From: a virus
Lineage: Duplodnaviria; Heunggongvirae; Uroviricota; Caudoviricetes
Reading direction: 5' to 3' (one strand)
DNA length: 64,000 nt
Virus record (IMG/VR): IMGVR_UViG_2029527006_000005
Under the pieces are notes generated by a model. It made no database searches, was not told where the DNA came from, and saw only the letters and a list, made by a program, of their open reading frames with translations. The position numbers and the translations under genes were made by a program. Positions 44,337 to 52,941 of the stretch are shown here, piece by piece. Position 1 is the stretch's first letter. Each line of letters begins with the position of its first letter.

Positions 44337-45941
44337 TTATTGATAAGCAACAGTATACCATGTACCATTTGCATAGTATTGCAAATAACCATAGAAGTAT
44401 GATGCACCACGTAGTTCTTTTTTATCACCATAACGCCAACCTGTCATTACAGTACCGGGATACACTGGCGATTCAGATACACCAGCCCAACTTATATTGA
44501 ATATACGTATACGTTCGATGTAGTTACCTTGAGCTAAAGTAATGTTACCATTAGCATCTGCACTCTGACCATTAATACTACGTACAATATTCTTCCCACC
44601 AACAGTTGCAGTGTTATTGGTTACTGTCAAACCAGCACTTGATGTTAGTGTGTTTACAGTCAAACCACCTGCTGATGTTAGTAACATTTCAGTACCACCG
44701 TTAGCACGGAATCGTAATGTATTGTTTACTGAACTGTGATAGATCATAGCACGTTCTGCGTTTGCAGTATTACGGAATATAAATGTTAAGTTGTTATCAT
44801 TACCACGTAAAATTGCCGAAGTTGCAATAGTTAAAGAACCAGTCATGATATCACCAGATTTTAACACATACTTGGAGTTTGCAGCAGCTTCATTTAGTGC
44901 AAAACTAGGTGTTGCAATATTATAAAGTACTGCTACTGTGAAGTGGTCTACGTCTAAGTTATTAATGGAGTGCGTGTGTGTTTGTCCACTACCAATGGTA
45001 TTTGAAGTACCAGAGAATGTATGAAAGTGATCACCAGCATCCGAGGTTGTTGCTGAAAAGCTATTATATCCATTACGGAATACACCAACACGAACGTCAT
45101 CGATACTCATACGTCCAGACCACAAGTTTGACATTCCGTGACGGTGAGTACCAGCGGAGTTTGTTTGTCCTGAAACAGTAAAGCTGTGTGGTGGTAATTG
45201 TGCAATAGATAGTGCAGTGCCACCAATAGAAGCAGAAGAAGCAACTAAGTTTGTAGTGTTGGTTACTGAAGCTACTGCCATTGGTTTCAAGTACGCGTTT
45301 TGGTTCAAGTTTGGAACTTGACGAGTTACAACACCAGATTCACCTTCCCATGTCCACCACATACCATCAGAGAATGTCCAACCATCGTTGGTTTTCCAAG
45401 GAAGTGATTGTGAACCGTTACGTCCTGCTTGACCACCAGTAACGCCACTCATTTGCTCACGTATTGTAGCTGCGTTCATCCCACTTGTCAAGGAATAATA
45501 TTGTATTGCACCTTGTTTCGATGATGTGAATAGACCAGTTGATCCAGTTCCTCCACCACCACCAATTGGGAATATAATGTTTAGTTGTGAACCACTAATA
45601 GATGCCTGTGGTACGGAACCTGATGAGTAAGTAACCGTATCTACTTTCCCGGCAAGTTTATTGTTAATATTGTTGATTTCAGTATAAATTGGTTGTAGAA
45701 TTACATCTTGTCCAAGCATTTCTACCCAACTTAAACCATTATGATACTTCATGGTTTTCGTACCAGTGTCAAAGACCATTGCACCTGCTTCACCTGCTGG
45801 TAAAGCTCGCACTGGCATAACAACTGATGTGGAGTTGAATCTAATTGGCTGTGGAGAAGTAGTATTACCCCCACTAACGATTAAACTCAATGATCCAGTA
45901 CTAGTCACCGTATTACTAGGATGATTAAAACTAATACTCAT
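44337..45941 (-). CDS. Tail fibre protein with collar domain and His-motif needle
   Basis: GWTFSDG...VPNL collar, LSIAQLPPH, HRH/HFH/HTH motifs, VRSINGQSADANGNITL. Confidence 0.8.
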   Translation of the reverse strand: MSISFNHPSNTVTSTGSLSLIVSGGNTTSPQPIRFNSTSVVMPVRALPAGEAGAMVFDTGTKTMKYHNGLSWVEMLGQDVILQPIYTEINNINNKLAGKVDTVTYSSGSVPQASISGSQLNIIFPIGGGGGTGSTGLFTSSKQGAIQYYSLTSGMNAATIREQMSGVTGGQAGRNGSQSLPWKTNDGWTFSDGMWWTWEGESGVVTRQVPNLNQNAYLKPMAVASVTNTTNLVASSASIGGTALSIAQLPPHSFTVSGQTNSAGTHRHGMSNLWSGRMSIDDVRVGVFRNGYNSFSATTSDAGDHFHTFSGTSNTIGSGQTHTHSINNLDVDHFTVAVLYNIATPSFALNEAAANSKYVLKSGDIMTGSLTIATSAILRGNDNNLTFIFRNTANAERAMIYHSSVNNTLRFRANGGTEMLLTSAGGLTVNTLTSSAGLTVTNNTATVGGKNIVRSINGQSADANGNITLAQGNYIERIRIFNISWAGVSESPVYPGTVMTGWRYGDKKELRGASYFYGYLQYYANGTWYTVAYQ

Positions 45942-45975
45942 TTATAAATCCTTTTATTGTTTAAAACTATAATGA

Positions 45976-45983
45976 TATTTATA
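45976..45983 (-). promoter_or_regulatory. T4-type late promoter TATAAATA
   Basis: Exact consensus 35 nt upstream of the fibre ATG. Confidence 0.7.
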
Positions 45984-46287
45984 GAAGTCCGTTGTCTAAA
46001 TCGTCTGCAACGCCATCAATCATATTAGCTGCCAGTTTCTTTGGCATTTTAAACCACTCAGTTCCGGGACTTCTTGATGCATTCATTTGTTTTAAACGCT
46101 TGTGTACTTCTTTCTCTGCTTCTTTTGCATCTTCAAAGTGAACTTCATGATATACTTCAAAATCTCGGAATGGTGTTCCGGTTTGGTAAGTACTTAAACG
46201 TGTTTTCATTTCCGACTTAGACGTGAATCCGATTTTTACCCATTCAGGCCATGCTGGATTCGTGATTACATAACATATTTGCGACAT
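45979..46287 (-). CDS. T5orf172 / GIY-YIG-like domain protein
   Basis: CYVITNP...VKIGFT...RL..YQTGTP...EKEVH..L...EWF. Confidence 0.85.
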   Translation of the reverse strand: MSQICYVITNPAWPEWVKIGFTSKSEMKTRLSTYQTGTPFRDFEVYHEVHFEDAKEAEKEVHKRLKQMNASRSPGTEWFKMPKKLAANMIDGVADDLDNGLL

Positions 46288-46315
46288 ATTACCTCCATAT
46301 CATTGGAAGTATTTA

Positions 46316-46717
46316 TTATCGCTGAATTGTGAAATTCAACCCGGCACTTCTTAACTTAGAGAAAGCATCATTGGGTTTAAGGTGCTCTGGGATTTCTGGT
46401 TTCGGTCTTCCTTGTGCATCTAGCTCAATCGTGGCGAGTACTGGAGCATCAGGGAATTTTGCGTTCAACATGTCTTTATACCACTGAACGTAGTCTTTGT
46501 AAAGCATTTCTTTGCTTTCAACAAGCATTATATCTTGGATGTATTTGTTTTTTGGGTATCGAACTCCTTCTATACTTACATATAGCTCTTGTAGTTCTTC
46601 TATGTATGCAACATATGTGTATGCATCTATCATGAATTCTAATCCACCACCAAGAGTTGGGTAAAATCCATCACGAGGGATTTGGTAAACTGTTACTGTC
46701 ATGTCATCTCTTTTCAT
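46316..46717 (-). CDS. Hypothetical protein
   Basis: Start moved to 46717 (GGAGG SD). Confidence 0.6.
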   Translation of the reverse strand: MKRDDMTVTVYQIPRDGFYPTLGGGLEFMIDAYTYVAYIEELQELYVSIEGVRYPKNKYIQDIMLVESKEMLYKDYVQWYKDMLNAKFPDAPVLATIELDAQGRPKPEIPEHLKPNDAFSKLRSAGLNFTIQR

Positions 46718-46734
46718 AAGACCTCCAATACGCA

Positions 46735-46758
46735 AAAAGGAACCCGAAGGTTCCTTTT
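46735..46758 (-). terminator. MCP terminator with C(UUCG)G loop
   Basis: Minus strand GGAACC-TTCG-GGTTCC-TTTTT. Confidence 0.85.
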
Positions 46759-46807
46759 TTTGATTTATTAATTTTGAATCTAATTTCTTCTTCAAAAACA
46801 CTTCATA

Positions 46808-47983
46808 TTACATGAAGGTTACGTTGCGGATAGCAATTTTGCTGAAGTAGTCAGCAGCGTTACCTAGAGAAGAAGTACTATCAGTCAACTGTACGTAGCC
46901 GTAACGAGTTAGGAAGGTAGTTACTAGTTCACCAGTGTTAGGGTCCATTACAGTACCAGAAGCCATTAGTGGGATGTACGGGCAATAGAATACACCAGCA
47001 TCAGTTTCTGCGTTACCTTTGTAACCGATTAGTACGTCAGTACTGTCATCTGCATAGGTATCAACGTAGATTTTCATAGTAGAGTTTAGAACGCCTACGA
47101 ATTTAACGTTGGTTGGTGCATCGAAAGTACCTTCAGTAGTACGAGCAAAACTAGAAGTAGTTGCAGACTGTAGAATGGTTAGTGCAGTTGGGGAAACAAC
47201 AGCCCAATTCGCAGCACCACGCTTAGTACGACGAGCAACTTCGTTCGCTTGACGGTTAATTAGAGTAGCTAGAGCAGCGTGTTCGTCACCTACGAAGGTA
47301 GCAACACCAGTTACTTTAGATTGGTCATAAGTTACAGCAGCAGCACCCGGTAGAGCACGTAGTTTGTGGAGTAGCTCTTGGTCGATCTCAGTGGTAACTT
47401 CTTGTGCGATAGCAGCCATTAGTTCTGCTTCAACGTCAATACCGTGTTGGGATTGAGCATCTTGTGCAGATTCAACAGTCCAGCGAGCAGATAGACGACG
47501 AGATTTCGCTTCAACCGTTTCACGTAGAATACGGATGTTAACGCGACGACCCATAGTACCTTCTAGTTGGCTAGTAGGTGCAGCACGTGGATTCTCATTA
47601 TCACCATTAACGTCACCAGTATAAGACTTAGCGATTTTGTATGGGGATAGTGCTTCTTCACCAGCGATAACGCCCGGTGCGTTGTCAGCATATTGAACAC
47701 GTAGGGTGTGGATTTGACCAACAGGGCCAGTCATAGGTTGAACACCGATGATTTCGTTAGCAATAACAGTAGGCATTACACGACGCATAATAGGTAGAAT
47801 TACCTTGTTTAGCGTTGCGATGTTACCAGCAGAGGTAGCACCCTGTGAAGCACTTTCACGTAGCATTACTTTGCGATGGTTTTCTAGTACTGCTTCCATA
47901 ACGGTTTTACGGTTATCTTTTAGACCTTCAGTAAGTTTTTCTTTCACTGCTGCCCATTTAGATTCAGTTAATAGTTGTGACAT
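46808..47983 (-). CDS. gp23: Major capsid protein (gp23-like)
   Basis: VQPMTGPVGQIHTLR, VEAKSRRLSARWTVE.AQD...HGID.EAEL, FYCPYIPL, TRYG. Confidence 0.96.
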   Translation of the reverse strand: MSQLLTESKWAAVKEKLTEGLKDNRKTVMEAVLENHRKVMLRESASQGATSAGNIATLNKVILPIMRRVMPTVIANEIIGVQPMTGPVGQIHTLRVQYADNAPGVIAGEEALSPYKIAKSYTGDVNGDNENPRAAPTSQLEGTMGRRVNIRILRETVEAKSRRLSARWTVESAQDAQSQHGIDVEAELMAAIAQEVTTEIDQELLHKLRALPGAAAVTYDQSKVTGVATFVGDEHAALATLINRQANEVARRTKRGAANWAVVSPTALTILQSATTSSFARTTEGTFDAPTNVKFVGVLNSTMKIYVDTYADDSTDVLIGYKGNAETDAGVFYCPYIPLMASGTVMDPNTGELVTTFLTRYGYVQLTDSTSSLGNAADYFSKIAIRNVTFM

Positions 47984-48028
47984 TATATATCTCCTTAAAA
48001 GATGTTTTTTCGTTTTTCAGTATGTTAT

Positions 48029-48036
48029 TATTTATT
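48029..48036 (-). promoter_or_regulatory. Late promoter AATAAATA for MCP
   Basis: One mismatch to TATAAATA, 46 nt upstream of ATG. Confidence 0.55.
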
Positions 48037-48064
48037 CCTGAAAAAAATAGCTTATTAAAAATGT

Positions 48065-49183
48065 TTATTTTTTGTGGATTCCTGCATTACGCTCTAGAGA
48101 TTTTAGGAAATCTAGGTCGTCGGAATCTAGTTCACTTTCTTTAATGATACCTTCACGGTTTCCGAGATGGACTTTACCTTCAGTGAGAGTATTTTTAGCC
48201 TGAGTATTAACTGCTGGACGGCTAGCTTTTGCAGCAGATTCGCTGATAGTACCTTTAAGCACTGGCTTATGATACTTCATGAAATCGTCTTTAAGTTTCT
48301 CAGTTGGAGTAGCTTTAAGTAGTGATTCCATAATTTGCTTCTGTTGAACAGTAAGAGGTTTCACAAGTTCAGAGATGATTGCATTACGTGCTTGGGTATC
48401 TTCCATGATACGCATTTTACGGTGTGCGGCATCTGCATCTGCTTTAGATTCTTGAAGTTCAACTTTCATGTTAATAACTTCTTGCTCTTTCTGCTTAATA
48501 GATTCGTTTAGAGAACGTAGGATTGAGTTTTCTTTGTATTGGTTGCTGTAGAATTCGTTAGCAAACGCTTCGAAAATTTTACGACCAAACATGTTTTGAC
48601 GTGCTTCACGCAACTCGGTTTTTAGCTCTTTTAGATTACTGTGAGTAGTCTCAGCAATATATTGAGCACTGGTTTCAGTAATACGCTTAATAACACTCTG
48701 ACGAGCTTCATTAATCTTCTGGGAACCTTCTGCAATTAATTTAACGCGAGTTTCAACTAATTGACGTTTCTCTTGGTGGAAGTCTTTAAGTTCTTCTGCT
48801 AGGATACGGTTTGAGAATCCTGCGAATTTATCTAGACTTTCTTTAACGAGTTTTGTCTCGTTACGCATTTGTTTTACTTCTTCTGCAAGTACACCGTTAG
48901 CGAAAGAACCGAAGTTTGCTAGGGTTTTACGTAGTGTAACGCGGTCTTCAACGAGTTTTGCTTTCTCGGTGTATACTGCACCCATTTCTTCAGCGATTAG
49001 TTCAGTTACCATCTTATCTAGACCTTCAGTTAGTCGGCCTAGGTCTTCTTGATAACGACCTTTCATTTCTTCACGCATTTCAGCGGCTACTGCTTGTTTT
49101 TCTTCATTCCATGCTTCCTGAATTAGCTGTTTCGCTTCGTCAGAAAGAGATGATTCTTTTAGAAACTTATCTAATTTAGACAT
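48065..49183 (-). CDS. gp22: Prohead core scaffold (gp22-like)
   Basis: Long coiled coil, GRKIFEAFA, between protease and MCP; start moved to 49183. Confidence 0.8.
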   Translation of the reverse strand: MSKLDKFLKESSLSDEAKQLIQEAWNEEKQAVAAEMREEMKGRYQEDLGRLTEGLDKMVTELIAEEMGAVYTEKAKLVEDRVTLRKTLANFGSFANGVLAEEVKQMRNETKLVKESLDKFAGFSNRILAEELKDFHQEKRQLVETRVKLIAEGSQKINEARQSVIKRITETSAQYIAETTHSNLKELKTELREARQNMFGRKIFEAFANEFYSNQYKENSILRSLNESIKQKEQEVINMKVELQESKADADAAHRKMRIMEDTQARNAIISELVKPLTVQQKQIMESLLKATPTEKLKDDFMKYHKPVLKGTISESAAKASRPAVNTQAKNTLTEGKVHLGNREGIIKESELDSDDLDFLKSLERNAGIHKK

Positions 49184-49230
49184 TATAATCTCCTGTAAAG
49201 TACTTAACATTCGTACTTTTGATGTACAAA

Positions 49231-49238
49231 TATTTATA
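49231..49238 (-). promoter_or_regulatory. T4-type late promoter TATAAATA
   Basis: Exact consensus. Confidence 0.7.
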
Positions 49239-49248
49239 AATTTTTTTG

Positions 49249-49875
49249 TTACCCTTTTAAATCTTTAAAAAAAGCGTGAATTTCGTTTTCTACACCATTT
49301 GATGATTTAGATTCCACTATTGCTGCTTTTTTACTACCACTAAGAGGTGAACCGTACTTACTCATAAGAGATTCAAATACCGCTGTTGGATACGCTTCTG
49401 GAGCACTCGGTTGTGCCACAATGTCAATAGTAACTATTTCAAAATCAGAAACAATGCCATTATGGTCTACGTTACCGGAACCACGCGAACTAACACCTAG
49501 TTTCACACCGCTTTCTAGCATTTTACGAATATTTTCACCATGTGCAGTTGGAAGTAGCTTAATTTCAGCCATTCCGTTTTTACCTTCCATCCAGACTTTA
49601 GTAATCATTGCTGCTACACGGTCTAAGTTAATAGTAAGGGTTTCAGGGTGATCACATTCACAAAGAATGCTCTCACCACTCATTAAGCGTTGGTTCATAT
49701 TTTCCACTGCGTGAGCAATTTCACTAAATGGATATATACGTTCGTTTTTATTTCGTTGGTCAGCTTGGATTGAAATACCTCTTAGGTAACAATCTTTACC
49801 ACCGAACGGATTATCACGGTGTTCTAGTACAATTTTAGAATCATTGAATGAAGACCACTCTCGAATCATGCTCAT
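49249..49875 (-). CDS. gp21: Prohead protease (gp21-like)
   Basis: NKNERIY, ECDHP, LDRVA, LGVSSRGSG, DIVAQPSAPEAYP. Confidence 0.93.
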   Translation of the reverse strand: MSMIREWSSFNDSKIVLEHRDNPFGGKDCYLRGISIQADQRNKNERIYPFSEIAHAVENMNQRLMSGESILCECDHPETLTINLDRVAAMITKVWMEGKNGMAEIKLLPTAHGENIRKMLESGVKLGVSSRGSGNVDHNGIVSDFEIVTIDIVAQPSAPEAYPTAVFESLMSKYGSPLSGSKKAAIVESKSSNGVENEIHAFFKDLKG

Positions 49876-49908
49876 AGTAATGATCTCCTTTCTTTTTTTT
49901 ATTTATGA

Positions 49909-50778
49909 TTAAAATTTAGGTGCGTTTTTAGGTAGTGGAGAGCGAGATTTTTCCGCAGTATTCTTTGGTTTCTTCGCATCTTTCATCATGCCTTTAGCAC
50001 TGTCCATGACGTTATTCATGTCTTCAACTTTAGCAGTTTCAGCATCTTTGTTCTTTAGAAGATCGCCATCGTTGGTTACAACAGTACCGTCTTTGATCTT
50101 AACTGGAGCTACGCCATCTACTGGAGATTTAGCGTTAGGAGCTACAGGAGATTTGGATTTAGCTGCTTCGTTAGAAGGTTTGCTAACAGGTTTCATTTTA
50201 TAACCTTCACCAACTTTCTCATCACCGAAACCGATATCAGCGAATTCGTCTTCACCACCAGCATCAATATCAAAGTCAACTTCTTCTTCAGCATCACCCA
50301 TTGAATCACCTTCAGGGTCTACTTCGAAATCACCGTCACCATCGATACGATCAAACATAGCTTCTAGATCAGAGAATGCATCCTTAATAGATTCCCACTC
50401 GTCACCAGATAGAGAAACGTCTTCACCACCTTCAGATTCTTCAGCGTCAAAATCAATTGATTCTTCACCTTCGCCATCTTCAGCAGATACATCTACGTCT
50501 TCAGATTCTTCTTCTTCTTCGTCTAGAGTATATTGAATTTCAGATGTTAGACCAGAATCCATACCACCATTGATATCTTCTTCGATTACTTCATCTTCAA
50601 CTTCTTCGGATTCTTCTGCTTCGCTAAGGTCGCATTCTTCTTCCATTTCTTCTTCTAGTTTTTTGTTAATTTCCTGAGCAGCTTCTAGGAAATACTTACG
50701 CATTTTTTTAGCAGCTAGGTCTTGTTCGTTGTTAGCAAAAGCCTGAATTGCTTCTTGCAATAGTTTTTTATTTGCCAT
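49909..50778 (-). CDS. Highly acidic prohead core protein
   Basis: Glu/Asp-rich, between portal and protease (T4 gp67/68 position); start moved to 50778. Confidence 0.65.
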   Translation of the reverse strand: MANKKLLQEAIQAFANNEQDLAAKKMRKYFLEAAQEINKKLEEEMEEECDLSEAEESEEVEDEVIEEDINGGMDSGLTSEIQYTLDEEEEESEDVDVSAEDGEGEESIDFDAEESEGGEDVSLSGDEWESIKDAFSDLEAMFDRIDGDGDFEVDPEGDSMGDAEEEVDFDIDAGGEDEFADIGFGDEKVGEGYKMKPVSKPSNEAAKSKSPVAPNAKSPVDGVAPVKIKDGTVVTNDGDLLKNKDAETAKVEDMNNVMDSAKGMMKDAKKPKNTAEKSRSPLPKNAPKF

Positions 50779-50825
50779 TATATCCTCCAATAGATATACA
50801 AATTTTTTTAAATTAAGTATGTCAT

Positions 50826-50833
50826 TATTTATA
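50826..50833 (-). promoter_or_regulatory. T4-type late promoter TATAAATA
   Basis: Exact consensus. Confidence 0.7.
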
Positions 50834-50879
50834 CGTACTAAAATTCCGATTTTAAAAAGGGCTTTAAAAAGCGGAATTT

Positions 50880-51128
50880 TTACATTAGGCCGCCCATGCC
50901 GCCGTCCATGTTATCATCAGAAGGAGCCGGGGCATAAACTACAGCTACTACCTGATTTCGTTTCTCTTCTTCACTAGCTTTAAATTCACGGTACTTACGT
51001 AAATTGTTCAGTACTTTTAAAGTTAGTTTAGGTTTCCGAGTGTCAGTGAGCTTGTAAACTGTCTGGTCATCTTCTGGATCGTACATAGAATCATTTCTAG
51101 ATTCAAAAAGTTCATTTAACATATACAT
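50880..51128 (-). CDS. Small prohead-associated protein
   Basis: MLNELFES start, RKPKLTL..LN.LRK motif; directly after portal. Confidence 0.65.
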   Translation of the reverse strand: MYMLNELFESRNDSMYDPEDDQTVYKLTDTRKPKLTLKVLNNLRKYREFKASEEEKRNQVVAVVYAPAPSDDNMDGGMGGLM

Positions 51129-51181
51129 CTCCTAACGTGTTCACTTCTTAAGCGAAGTGAACTCATCATTGTTATTTAGTC

Positions 51182-52927
51182 TTAGAAAGAATTGCCTAAA
51201 TTATTCGGGTTAAAATCATCGTTTTGAACCATATCTTGGAATTCTTTATCAGCACTTTCCATATTACCTTCTTCATCCATTCCTAAATCCATTCCCGGAT
51301 CATTAGGGGCATCAATACCAACAGATTTCAATCCAGCAGCATCTTCACCATTAGAAGCGTTAAGTGCGTCAGGATTTTCTTGTAACCATAATTGCTCATT
51401 CTCAACAATATCACTTTGTTCAAAGCCCATTTTCTTAAGAATTGTTTGTTTAGCAACATAAGGTAAACCGTCAAGGCTCATATAAGTACTAATTAGTTTT
51501 GCATCCAACTCAGCCTTACGATAAGAAGCAAAGTTAATTGGTGGGTTAAAAATAACCTCGAATGATGAAGCACTAATGCTATAACCATTCTTAACCATAT
51601 AACGTTTAAATTCCATATCGAATACTTTAGCTATTAGTCGTTGATAACGCATACATTGGTTATTAAAACGTAATTCACTAGTCATTGCCTGTGTAGCACC
51701 GTCACCAAATAAAGCAACACCACCATCATCTGGACCTTGCGGTAGATAAGAGGCAGGAATTTGTAGACCACGAATCAATTTGTTGTTAAAATAACGCAAG
51801 TCATCGATTTGACCCAAGTTATCACCACCCGGTAATGTTTCTACAGATGAACCACGACCTTCCGAAGTTTGTGGGAAGAAATAGTCTTCTAGAATACTTA
51901 ATGGGTTATAAGCTGCATCCATTAGTGAAGTACTTCCACCTTTATTAGAAGGAATACGACGCTGGTGGATTTCATTCTTAAAGCGTTCTACATAAGCCAT
52001 TGCTTGGTGAGTTTGCATTTCACCAACATCGATTTTAAATACTCGACGCTCTGGTGCACGTTGAACACGATAGATGATAATACTATCTTCTAGAAGTTCT
52101 TTTTGTTTATAAACTTTAAAGACATATTCTAGAATACTAGTGCCGAAAGGCCATACTGGATCTTGTCCTGTATTTAGTGTTAGGTGAACTACGTGTTCTG
52201 CCGCAACAGGAAGAACATCTTTACGACCAGCAGCCATATTGAATGGGTCAGCACTTTGTGCGTTACCAGCATTCGCATAACCACCACCCATTCCACCGAA
52301 CTGACTAGCAGAACCGCTTAATGCGTTTGGCAATGAACCCGGATAGGCCATTTTATCAAAACCAATTTGAAGGTTTGAGAAAATTTTATCTTGCATGTTA
52401 TAAGAGATATCTCTCATAAAGTAAGCAACAGGGTTTTTACCAGTTTCTTCGTTGACAAATACACCTTCAACGTTTGCTGGGTTTACCCAAACCCATTCCA
52501 TAGTTTCTGGGTCACGAACAAAGAACTGATCTCCATATTTTAAAAGTCCACGAACTATTTCATAAATTCTGGTTTTAAAATCGTTTTGTTCAGCCCATGA
52601 TTCTAAACGATCTTCCAAAGTAGTAACTTCAGAGTCGCCAATTTTATCTTTGTATCTAATTTTAAATGGTAAACCGAAATCTTCAACACTTTGAGTACAG
52701 AAGTCTGCGATAATATCTAGTGAGGTTCTAATTTCTGGGTCTTGGTCCATTTGTTCATATTGTCTGTATCGATCAGTACGATTCGACAAGCCCGTATATA
52801 CTACGGGCAAGTAAGAAGCATAGTTAGATTTGGAACCAGTACTTTTAGCAGTACTTCCTTTATCTTGCTCGATATTCGAGGTCGATACTTTTGACCTCGC
52901 AGTTGTCATCTGACGTTTCCAACTCAT
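51182..52927 (-). CDS. gp20: Portal protein (gp20-like)
   Basis: YRQYEQM, EDSIIIYRVQRAPERRVFKIDVG, EDYFFP, ETLPGG, DDLRYF, ELRF. Confidence 0.96.
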   Translation of the reverse strand: MSWKRQMTTARSKVSTSNIEQDKGSTAKSTGSKSNYASYLPVVYTGLSNRTDRYRQYEQMDQDPEIRTSLDIIADFCTQSVEDFGLPFKIRYKDKIGDSEVTTLEDRLESWAEQNDFKTRIYEIVRGLLKYGDQFFVRDPETMEWVWVNPANVEGVFVNEETGKNPVAYFMRDISYNMQDKIFSNLQIGFDKMAYPGSLPNALSGSASQFGGMGGGYANAGNAQSADPFNMAAGRKDVLPVAAEHVVHLTLNTGQDPVWPFGTSILEYVFKVYKQKELLEDSIIIYRVQRAPERRVFKIDVGEMQTHQAMAYVERFKNEIHQRRIPSNKGGSTSLMDAAYNPLSILEDYFFPQTSEGRGSSVETLPGGDNLGQIDDLRYFNNKLIRGLQIPASYLPQGPDDGGVALFGDGATQAMTSELRFNNQCMRYQRLIAKVFDMEFKRYMVKNGYSISASSFEVIFNPPINFASYRKAELDAKLISTYMSLDGLPYVAKQTILKKMGFEQSDIVENEQLWLQENPDALNASNGEDAAGLKSVGIDAPNDPGMDLGMDEEGNMESADKEFQDMVQNDDFNPNNLGNSF

Positions 52928-52941
52928 TTATAATTCTCCGA

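Noticed and set aside
51139-51162. Hairpin GTTCACTTC/GAAGTGAAC between portal and the next gene as an SD-occluding switch
   Set aside because: The SD (AGGAG) lies outside the stem and there is no U-tract; probably a stabiliser or processing stem
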